Assembly: GCA_976226885.1 (NCBI GenBank)
Contig: OZ320314.1
Span: forward strand, 35,588,001 to 35,652,000
Length of the DNA stretch: 64,000 bases
From: Iphione sp. A-MEVVRFRX5
Lineage: Eukaryota
Direction: 5' to 3'
Every line of letters begins with the position of its first letter. Within the stretch, counting starts at the first letter, position 1. The notes beneath the pieces were generated by a model. It searched no databases and had not been told where the DNA came from. It saw only the letters and a program-made list of their open reading frames with translations. A program made the position numbers and the translations under genes. Of this stretch, positions 24,470 to 34,050 are shown in pieces.

Positions 24470-25020
24470 TATCTCCCTCTCTCTCTACACCTCTCTCTCT
24501 TCCTGTATCTGTCTCTCTGTCAATCTCTCCAACTCTCCCTCTCACTCCCTGTTTTTCTCTCTCCATTTTCTCATGCCTCTTTCTCTCTATCTCTCTCTCT
24601 CTCTCTCCCTCTCTGTCTCCCTCTCTCTCCCTTCATTTTTCTGCCTCCTCCTCCCTCTCTCTTTTCCTCTCTTTCCATCTCCCTTGAGATCTCTCCTCAT
24701 TTCCATCTCCTCTATCTTCCTTTCTCTCCCTCTCTTCTATCTCTCTCCCTGCCTTTCTCCTTCTTTCTGCATATCTCTCTTCCTCTATCTCTCTCTCCCT
24801 CAATCTCTCTACCTCTCCATCTCCCTGCCTGTTTTTCTCTCTTCATTTTCTCATGCCTTTCTCTCTCTCTCTTTCTCTCTGTCTCTCTCTCCCTTCACCT
24901 CTGTTCCCCTTTCCCTCCCTTCCTGTACCTCCCCATCTCTCTCTTCATTTCTCCACCTCTCGCTCCTGTCCTTCCATTGCTCTCTCCTCTCATTCCCCTT
25001 TCTCCCTCTCCTCTATCTCA
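24470..25020. repeat. CT-rich low-complexity tract
   Basis: Degenerate (CT)n with an internal duplicated TTTTTCTCTCT.CATTTTCTCATGCCT segment. It explains the overlapping spurious ORFs at 24369-25123. Confidence 0.95.
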
Positions 25021-25268
25021 CAATCACCTGATTCACCATCACAGCTTAATAAGAGCATTAAATCTGATAACTAACCACTCACCTATAAAAATGCTTGGAA
25101 AACGTAATCACTTCTATGATTAATACATGAGCAATGGTACATATTAGGGTGTAAGGTACCTTAATTATCAAACCGGTATCTGAAAACAAATCTTTAGTCA
25201 CAAGTTTCCATTTTTACAACTTTAATCATTGAAATTGATGATTGTTTGTTATCTTTGTCTCAATTTAG

Positions 25269-25480
25269 GAGCTATGAAGATGAACCCCACAACAAACAAA
25301 GATACATGCAGAGAACTACAATTTGTGGTAGAAGACTATTTGAGGAATGCAGGAGACAGAGGAGGTGGCAGAAAGGAGTGGATGATTAGTACAGAGGCCA
25401 GGAAAAGTAACAGTGAAAAAAGGGAGCAAAGAACTCTAGAATGTGGCTCACCAGAAATGAGTGACATAGAATCAGAGTAA
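25269..25480 (+). pseudogene. Residual 3' exon of a BEN-like (DUF4806-type) transposon protein
   Basis: Acceptor TTGTCTCAATTTAG|G, then AMKMNPTTNKDTCRELQFVVEDYLRNAGDRGGGRKEW. This resembles the C-terminal E....I..WLR.A.DR.GGRK motif as I recall it for that family. Confidence 0.45.
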
Positions 25481-26379
25481 ATTGAGTAATCCTTTCTTTT
25501 TATTAGTGTGGAGAAGACATGCTACTAGTGTTTATTTGTTTTCGTATCTAAAATTCTGTATTTTGATAATTGTGCATATTTAATCTTTGATATTAAAATA
25601 ACATTTTAAAAACATACATTGTTTTGTCATGAATTGCTGGAATACTTTCTTTTCTAACAGTATTTATTAATTACTGCTCGATTGCATATATATTCAACAA
25701 GCAGTCATTTTATTACTACAGAACCCTTATGAAGAACATATTGACTGCAGAAAGTGACCTTTTGCAGAAGCAATTTTGGTATGATATTGAGGAGTATCAG
25801 CTTCTAGTATTAGATTGATTTAGCTCACAAAGTAGGGCCTGTTCTTTTGAAAATAATTTGTGGATTAATTAGTTAATTCTAAGTGCAAGATACAAGCCCT
25901 TTTTATATATGGAATCTTGGCCAATATCGGTAGATGATATAAAGCCGATGTTGGACCGACAAGTAGACAGCCATTATTGGACCATTCTCGGTCCACCAGA
26001 CTATTTTTTAGCAGTAACAGTAAACCAATTCAAGAGTATTCTAGAAAGGTAATTCATTGATATCATCATTAAACATATCTCAGTATCAAAGCCGATATCG
26101 GCAGCCGAGGATGGACCGGTGTATTTTGAGGGTGCAAAAAGATGTCGGGGTACAAACGGGTGCCGATGCTGGCCCGATGTCCTTGCCGATGTTGGTCCGA
26201 CAATTGACCGAAGGAGGCTTGCTTACAGGGTCTCTGATAGAGTCACATACATGACTGATCATGATGAGCCATTTAAGTTTTTTCTTTTTAAATTTTCATT
26301 GCTTATTTCGTTCTTTAAATCACGTTTATCTAAATGATTCGATTGATCACACACTTGTGCTGTTTAGCACGCATACACC

Positions 26380-29250
26380 ATGTTCGCATCCGTATCATTG
26401 CTCTCTCATTCCTGTGCATCTAGGATGCCTAGATTCATTCATCTCCTTATGGTAAAAATAGGCTACATCAACACAAGGAGTCTGGCCAAGCACTTAGATG
26501 ATATTAAGCTCATTTTGTTAAACCAGAAACTTAATTTGTTATTTATATCTGAAACTTGGTTGACACCCAACATTCCTGATTCTGCTATCGAAATTGACGG
26601 TTACATGATGCTTAGACAGGATAGGATATGTGAGGTCAGGAAGGGAGGAGGGGGTCTGGTTGTGTATTACACTGAGAACTTGCAAAGTAACCTATTACAT
26701 CTAACTGAGAATTGTATCTCTACAGCCGACTATGAACAAGTTTGCCTGTCTCTATCAGCCCAAGGGAGAAAGTGTATCTTAATTGGTGCTTATCGACCCC
26801 CCCGTGGTATAGTTGACTTAGGACTAAACTATATAAGAGAAACACTTGACTCTCCTAACCGACGCAGACTACTGCCGTTCGTGCTTTTTGGTGATCTGAA
26901 CATTGATCTTTTGAAACCAAGGAGCAGCGAGAAGCAGAAACTGGAAAATTTAATGATCGATCTGGGGAGTAAGCAGCTGATAAACGATCCCACCCGGGTG
27001 ACCATTGCGACTAGTAGCATAATTGACTTAATCATTACTAACAACAACGACATGATAACAGGATGTGCCACGGTCCTGGCTCCCTTTTCTGACCACATGC
27101 TGATAAAGAGTGATTTAAGACTAAAAAATTATACGCCTACTGTACGGGATGTGCATATAAGGAAGAAATCTGGGTGGGATGAAGAGTCCTTTATCACCGA
27201 GGCTGTAAACGGGGTCAGGAAAGTCCTTTGCTCCGATTATGCCCTAGAGCGGAAATGGAGTATTGTTCATTACATGTTGGTTAGTTTGTATGATAAGTAC
27301 AACCCACTGAAAACAATTAGGGTTAAGGGGAGGCCCAATCCCTGGATTACTGTTCACATCTTAGAACTAATCAGACTGAGAAATAATCTTTACAAGAAGG
27401 CCATTACAGTGGGTGATCTAGCTTCTTGGATTAGATTTAAGCAGGTAAGATCGGCGGTCTGTAAAGAAGTCAGATTAGCAAAACGCGAATATATCCTAAG
27501 ACAGGCCGAAAATAATAGAGTCGACAGTAGGAGATTCTGGAAGCATCTAAAGGACAACTTAGGACTTAATCGGCCAAAGAGTATGGACATCATATTGAAA
27601 CATGCAGACACAACTCTTGGAGGCCAGGATGTTCCCGAAATAATTAATAAGTTCTTTCTTGGTATAGGCAGATCAATCAATGCCAATATGCCCGATGAGA
27701 ATGTCACTACGTCTGGTACCTCCATGGTAACCGTTAACACTATGCCTGACATTGTAACAACGCACACTGAATTATGGGACATAGTTAAAAAACTTGATAC
27801 CAATAAATCTTCGCAAATTGGTGATGTACCCACTACTAGTATAAAAACTATCTTAGGGCGGGGGATCCAAGACTGGGTGGGATACATGAATGACAGCTTT
27901 CGCAATGCCCACTTCCCAGCTATGTGGAAAATTGCTAATGTCGTTCCTCTATGGAAGGGGGGTTCAAGACAAGAAGTTGGGAACTACCGTCCAATAAGTC
28001 TCCTAAATGTAATGTCTAAAGTGGTGGAAAGGATAGTCTTTAAGCAAACTATGCAGCATTTGCTGAAAAACGAGTTGTTGTGTGCTGAGCAATATGGTTT
28101 CAGGCCGGGGCGGTCAACTGAGGGGGCGATTAATAATGTGCTCAACTACATTCACAAAGCCCTAAATAGAGGGGAGAAAGTTGCAGGTCTTTTTGTTGAT
28201 TACAAAAAGGCCTTCGACTGTGTTGATCACGATATTCTGCTGATGAAGCTAAGGAGGTATGGGATAGAAGGTGTTAATTTGCAATGGTTTAAGAACTATC
28301 TAACAGATAGGTATCAGCATGTTACTTGCAATGGGATGACATCCAAAGATGGTAGAATAACATGCGGCATGCCCCAAGGCTCTATCTTGGGGCCGTTACT
28401 ATTTCTCTTATTCATCAATGACCTGCCTCGTCACATCCGTTCAGGAGTGTGTGTATTGTACGCAGATGACGTGGCAATTTTAGTAACATCCTCCACCAAA
28501 GAGGGATTATGGCATAAACTCATGTCTGCAGGGAAAGAGCTTGACCTGTGGTCGAGGACATCTAAGATCAGGGTGAATGTCGACAAGACCAAAGGTGTTG
28601 TTTTCTCCTACTCAGTTAAAGCCAAAGGTTTCTGGCCAAAGAGCATTGATTGGGGGGGAGGGGAAGTGGAAATAACTGACGCGGTTAAATACCTAGGAAT
28701 TTTTATTGATGAGAGGTTAACAATGACCAAAACCCATGTTTACACATGTCAAAAGCTAATGGCGAGATATATGTATTTTAGGATGATCAGGAAATATCTC
28801 AACCAGGAAACAGCAATAAAAATAGCCAGGGCTACCATATTACCTGTAAGTGAGTATGCGATGATAGTAAATACTAACACAGTAGCTAGGAGTTTTCAAC
28901 GACTAATGAGAATCCGGAAGAACATAGTTAACACGGCCTTTGGTTACCGCAAGTTTACAATGGCAGAAATCAAAGACGATTTCATATCGATCAGGGATAG
29001 AAGACTACTGATATTAGGGTACAGCCTAACTACCGTCAGGGAGACCAATCGAAGGACTAGAAGAAGTAGCATTCGTAGTATCCTGACTGATAGGCCCAGA
29101 CGCGAAGGATACCGTAGATCTCCTGAAAATGTCTATGGCAAATTATGGTCAGAAATTCCCACCTCTGTCGCGTCTCTACCGTATAAACAGTTTTGTTTGC
29201 AGTTAAGGAAACTAGGCAGAAAGTATAGACTCTCTTATAAGATAGATTGA
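26380..29250 (+). CDS. LINE ORF2: AP-like endonuclease + reverse transcriptase, intact, 956 aa (alternative start M at 26449)
   Basis: EN motifs YINTRSL, ISETWL, YRPP, GDLNID, IIDLI, FSDH. RT motifs NYRPISLL, QYGFRPGRST, FVDYKKAFDCVDH, GMPQGSILGPLLF, YADD, KYLG. No stops or frameshifts. Confidence 0.97.
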   Translation: MFASVSLLSHSCASRMPRFIHLLMVKIGYINTRSLAKHLDDIKLILLNQKLNLLFISETWLTPNIPDSAIEIDGYMMLRQDRICEVRKGGGGLVVYYTENLQSNLLHLTENCISTADYEQVCLSLSAQGRKCILIGAYRPPRGIVDLGLNYIRETLDSPNRRRLLPFVLFGDLNIDLLKPRSSEKQKLENLMIDLGSKQLINDPTRVTIATSSIIDLIITNNNDMITGCATVLAPFSDHMLIKSDLRLKNYTPTVRDVHIRKKSGWDEESFITEAVNGVRKVLCSDYALERKWSIVHYMLVSLYDKYNPLKTIRVKGRPNPWITVHILELIRLRNNLYKKAITVGDLASWIRFKQVRSAVCKEVRLAKREYILRQAENNRVDSRRFWKHLKDNLGLNRPKSMDIILKHADTTLGGQDVPEIINKFFLGIGRSINANMPDENVTTSGTSMVTVNTMPDIVTTHTELWDIVKKLDTNKSSQIGDVPTTSIKTILGRGIQDWVGYMNDSFRNAHFPAMWKIANVVPLWKGGSRQEVGNYRPISLLNVMSKVVERIVFKQTMQHLLKNELLCAEQYGFRPGRSTEGAINNVLNYIHKALNRGEKVAGLFVDYKKAFDCVDHDILLMKLRRYGIEGVNLQWFKNYLTDRYQHVTCNGMTSKDGRITCGMPQGSILGPLLFLLFINDLPRHIRSGVCVLYADDVAILVTSSTKEGLWHKLMSAGKELDLWSRTSKIRVNVDKTKGVVFSYSVKAKGFWPKSIDWGGGEVEITDAVKYLGIFIDERLTMTKTHVYTCQKLMARYMYFRMIRKYLNQETAIKIARATILPVSEYAMIVNTNTVARSFQRLMRIRKNIVNTAFGYRKFTMAEIKDDFISIRDRRLLILGYSLTTVRETNRRTRRSSIRSILTDRPRREGYRRSPENVYGKLWSEIPTSVASLPYKQFCLQLRKLGRKYRLSYKID

Positions 29251-29774
29251 AACTGAGTTTGATCCCCTCTCAAATAGTGGGAATTAATCTAAGTGCATGG
29301 GGCAGCAGCCGCTGCACTCACACTGTTACTTAATGGGTATAATGTTTCTGTTTGGATAGGTTTGCAGCATTGAGTGCACTGGGTTTTGGCTAATGTGTAT
29401 TACGTACAGGGACAAGTGGGGCAGTAGCCGCCTTATAACCCTAAGTTAAAGCAATTATTTTCCACTATAAACTCTCATGTAGCAAAGGGGCAACTGCGAG
29501 GCGGTTGTAAGCAGACCAACTAACAGCCAGATCTCGATTGGCAGACGTCAATGTAGACTCAGATAGACACGGTGACCAAAAGAGGGCATTAGCCGTCTTT
29601 GTGATTACCTTCTTATTTCTTAGATACTTGACGCACCCTCATTAATTGTTTAAAATCGCTGAACTTTGTACATCACCCCTCATCTCATTACATTACCTCA
29701 TTACATTGGGAGTCAAAGTTTGGATACTTGTACCTGGGCATGCATACATTTGATGTATATCGAATCCCAGAGGA

Positions 29775-29800
29775 AATAAAGATTTAAAAAAAAAAAAAAA
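29775..29800 (+). terminator. Polyadenylation signal and retroposed poly(A) tail
   Basis: AATAAA at 29775-29780 and A15 at 29786-29800. Confidence 0.85.
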
Positions 29801-30488
29801 TTCTAACCGACTGTGCCTGCAAGGGCGAGGCAATGGAATGCTCAAAGGATTCTTCAATGTATTGTTTCCCTCCGTAGCCGGAAATTTTGGTTGGAGATAC
29901 TGATTAGTGAGGTGTTAGAATAGGGAGGGGTTACTGTGCATGTAGGGTATTTGTTATATTTATAAAGTAATGATGACTGTTGAAGTAAGTGTGGTTGGGG
30001 GATCTCCCCTCTTTTATTCATGAATTCATGAAAAAATGGAAATTTTACATAGGGTTATCTGAACGATGCCTTTAATTTGTGAAAATATGGCAAACTGTAC
30101 TGGAAGATACACTACATGTGTCTTTAATTCAAGAAAAAAGGGAAGAATAGTTTGTATGGGATCTCCCTCCACAATGATTAAGAAAACATATACAAAGAAA
30201 AATCAATCATTAATAATAGTTGAACTTTTCATCACACATTAACACTTTAACATATATATATATAAATGTTAAAACACGCCTGTAACTATTGTCCAGTCTC
30301 TGTGGAACGATGGGTTATGATGCACACACCTGTATAGGTTATGTGTAGAGAAGTCAGGTCACACGGCAGAGCCAAGCTCAAATTCCCCTGCCAGGTACAA
30401 ACGTTAGGCCTGATCACAAGTATTACACACGGAAGAGACCATACAAACTGTAAATTTACTGGAAAGGAAATCACTCAAGGGGAGAATA

Positions 30489-30643
30489 CTGGCCCGTAGC
30501 CAGAAAGTCTTCTGGGGGGTTATCGGACGATACCCCCAATACCACACAGGTGGAGCTTTTTTTTACCTCTATTAAAGCCTATTTGCATTAAATTTTGGGG
30601 GGTATCGTCCGATACCCCCGATACCCCCTTGGCTACGGGCCTG
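30489..30643. mobile_element. Small TIR element (hAT-like termini)
   Basis: CTGGCCCGTAGCCA vs reverse complement CAGGCCCGTAGCCA (13/14), internal GATACCCCC repeats. Only a 5-bp flanking direct repeat (GAATA), not the 8 bp typical of hAT. Confidence 0.7.
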
Positions 30644-33619
30644 GAATAGGAATATAGAGGGGAAAAGGTGGCAGAGTTCTGTAAATCAATATATGTAATG
30701 CAGATAATCCCCGCTGTCTGAAATAGGTCACTTTTAGGCGATTCTCTTTGTCATAGAAATCGAATCAATGAAGACATACCTGAGTTTTATGAAAAGACAA
30801 TATTCAGTTGTTCATATTGAGACTATTCATGCTAGCAGATAAACTTTACGGTCATAAAATGGCACTCTACTCATAAATGTAAGGATCTTTACACAATTTC
30901 AGGCTCTGTCTGTTCTATTCATATATCGTCCTTGAGTAGCGAAACACGTAAGCAATTTTAACCCAGCACATTTTTCAAACACTTTAGCTAAGGTATGCTA
31001 CTTTCATGTACTGTAGATGCAAAAAGATATTTTAAAATAAATACACATGTTGTATGTCAGCATTTGGTTACACGATATGAGTAGTTTGTGGCAAAAAAGG
31101 GTCGATTTCCCATTAGACCCGGCAGTAATATTGGTGGGTCGTTGTGCAGAAGTAGACACGTATGTTACGTTCACGTACAGACTGTGAAACTCAGACATGT
31201 AAAATTTCCTTTTCCTATAGAGGCCAGCTCTAGAGGGCTGACGGTATTTGTCACCGGTCATCATCGGGTGCCACGACAGCAGAAGGTACGAGCAGACAAC
31301 AGCTAAATGCCAGGTGCTAATACTCCCGACCTCATTCAGATGCAGCCATGTAAGGCCAGATGCCCATGTCTACGAAGTTCACATATCGGATGAAGCACCT
31401 GAAATAAGAGACATTTCTTTGCCATTCGTGTGTACATACACTGCTTAGGTGACGCTGTATATATCATTCTGTACTGCCCGGTGCCCCTGTATATACATAC
31501 ACCAATGTGCACCATTTCTCATGTGACATTGTCATGGGATCAATATTTCCATCCACGTCCCAGGGCCAAACGGCCATGTAACCGAAGTTCTCATATTGGA
31601 TGATGCATCAGAAATGTGAACATTCTCGCCCACAGATATGATTATAGATGGTAAGACAAATATTTGGACTTCAGTTCATCATCCAATTTGCGAACTTTGT
31701 ACCCAGGGCCTGATACGGACGACTTGCAGGCATGCAGGCCAGGAATAAAATGCATAGCGATTTAATCAAGATGAAGTCATGGTTAACGTAATATTGCCCG
31801 GAAAGCCGGGTGTGTTCGCATTTTACATATCCTTTGAAATATACTAAGTTCCTTTGGGAATGATTCATTAAGGTGTTTAGTTAATTGTAATTTTATTTTA
31901 ATGTCATATATTAATGTGAAAGATTGTCATAGCAGACAACGTAATTAACAATTATGTGTACTAATAGCAGCCAATGCTACCGTGCCATCACTCCAAGTTA
32001 GTCGTGCAAAGAGACCCCGCAGTTCTTCTTGGGGCAGCAGATGGAAGGAATCTATTCTTAACACCCGTATAATTATGCAGGCGTATGTGCTGCCTCGACA
32101 GGCAAATCATTTTTACTGGCGATACAGATGTAGACAATTATTCAAAAGTCACCTCGTTTTTCAGTGACAGTGATACGAGTTGCCCTCACCGACTTCGACG
32201 ACATTTATCCAGCTGAATGTCCCAATGGGCGCTGTCTCTGGGGATTTGACATTTCCGTAGACGTCTCAATGTAAATGAAGAGGAGCCTGATGTCAATTTT
32301 GACTTTTAGGCTGGGTGTTTATGTGCGTGTGTCACTGTGACACTGTGTTGGTTCACACGCTTCTCTTAATCCATTGCTAATCCAATAACTGTATACATGC
32401 TATAATGCATTTATTTACTATGTTTTGTTTTACATGCCTGTTAACAATGATTGTATAAAAAATACCCAAAACACTTGTAACATGACCGTGGTCTCTGGAA
32501 GGTGACAAGAAATAATGACAACAATCTTAAAATATGGTTCACTCCAAATGCAGAAATTTAGCCTGCTGGAATGGTGCTCTCTCAGAGTGCAATTGAGAGA
32601 GTAACTTTTTATTACAGGAAAAAGTACATCCTTATATACTCCTATTGATAAGTTACATGGCACTGTGACTGTCTAGGCAACAATCTGGACCTGCTGGTAA
32701 AAATAGTAATGCTCCAACTCCAGGCTCCTGTTCTAACAATAGACACAGACAGACATTCTGTCTAGACTGTTGCCAAAAATAACTCCTGCAACCTTCTGAT
32801 TAGTTGCTCTTGTAAGATTACCTACTGCAACGTACTGATTGGTTGCTCCTGTAGTTTGTCCTGTAAGATTACTGCAGTGGTTACCGGAGCAGCCACATGA
32901 TCACTCTTACACAATACCTAGACACCAGATTATGCAATAACAATCAAACCTGATGTCATTTCTTAGCTAGTACTCACCACGTGGTGAGGAACTAGGGGAT
33001 GGCAGGCACGTCTCCGCTACACACTTGTCACTTTCATGGTGGAATGGGACATGTTGCATTCTTCAAACACATGGCATGCTGATATGGAAACATTTGTGAA
33101 TATTCATATATTCCTAAAAATCATGGTTACGACATGCTTACATGCCTCATTGGGTTGCGTACACATGGACACCCAGCCTTGACGTTACTTTCCTTATGGG
33201 GTTTTGATGTTTTTACTTTGAAAAAAGATTGTTAAGTGAATAACATGATCGGTAAGGGTAGCATAAGGCTTCATTTCCACGTGTCTGTGTAGCCTGCAGC
33301 ATGTTTTCATGGCCTTGAAGTACCATGAAAATGTAAGAGCATTTGAAAAAAACACTACACGGAGACACAACATGCTACATGCTACGTGCTACATATATCC
33401 ATGGAAACACTGCTTCACATAACCATGCAACACTGAGATATGAGCACTGATCACTGGGTCTAAGTTGAACTTGTTCATAGTGTATTTAGGTTGAGTATGC
33501 CGAAGTCGGCCTCAAATTAAACGTAACAAGGTAGTGAATCTCAAAATGAGGATGTACAACATGTGCATTCCTGGTCTGTACAAAGAATCATTTAATGAAG
33601 CCGATCAAATGTAAAGTAT

Positions 33620-34050
33620 CAGGGAATAAATAATTCAACATGATCATTTTGTGTACTTTGAAGTATTGACAAACGAAGCGTCTCCGTATATTCTCCAAGT
33701 CGGTGAATTTGCCAGGGAAACTCTAACCGTGTTTTATTAAACAGTGTGCCCAGGCTCATTGGCCAGTCGCCCCACGCGGCAGCCCACATGACCTCGTCAG
33801 AATGTGGGCTCAAGGTCAAAGGTCAGGGTAAGCAGTCTCGCTCGGGCTTATTGTCGTGGTGGTGGTGGAGGGGGTCCATGGTAATTATGTCTAATTACTA
33901 TTGGTTCGACCGGAACTTCGGGCAGCTTGTGGCAGCTGGGCCAGGGGAGGTCACCGCTATGGCAATCAAGATAAACCAGAGCAGCATGTTGCTCATTTAT
34001 ATAGGTAATAATACATCTGGCCCCGTGTGGTAACCATATGGCAAGCTGAA
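33620..34050 (-). pseudogene. Possible RTE-like LINE C-terminal remnant
   Basis: Minus frame SDEVMWAAAWGDWPMSLGTLFNKTRLEFPWQIHRLGE resembles the RTE post-RT pattern N.EVL.RA...SI..L...RL.W.GHV.RM. No core RT motif was seen. Confidence 0.3.

Larger units (their letters stand above)
22424..26230. mobile_element. Non-autonomous CMC/EnSpm(CACTA)-like DNA transposon
   Basis: TIRs CCCCCTAAGCAAGC (22424-22437) vs reverse complement CCCTGTAAGCAAGC (26217-26230), 12/14. 2-bp duplication TC at 22422-22423 and 26231-26232. Dense subterminal CCGAT/ATCGG/GGACCGA motifs at both ends. Confidence 0.8.
21103..29800 (+). mobile_element. Young non-LTR retrotransposon (L2/CR1 group, Crack-like) with NADAR + SGNH esterase + EN-RT; 5'-truncated; interrupted by a DNA transposon at 22424-26230
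   Basis: Three co-oriented ORFs. The spacer between the esterase stop and the EN-RT start is about 270 bp once the TIR/TSD-bounded insert is removed. AATAAA plus A15 at the 3' end. No convincing TSD. Inclusion of the NADAR ORF in the element is inferred from adjacency and orientation. Confidence 0.75.

Noticed and set aside
24369-25123. Several overlapping ORFs of 65-221 aa
   Set aside because: They are artefacts of the CT-rich tract, which lacks stop codons; the products are Leu/Ser/Pro/Phe low complexity.
26829-27905. Antisense ORFs of 89 and 171 aa
   Set aside because: They are shadows of the intact EN-RT ORF with no independent motifs.
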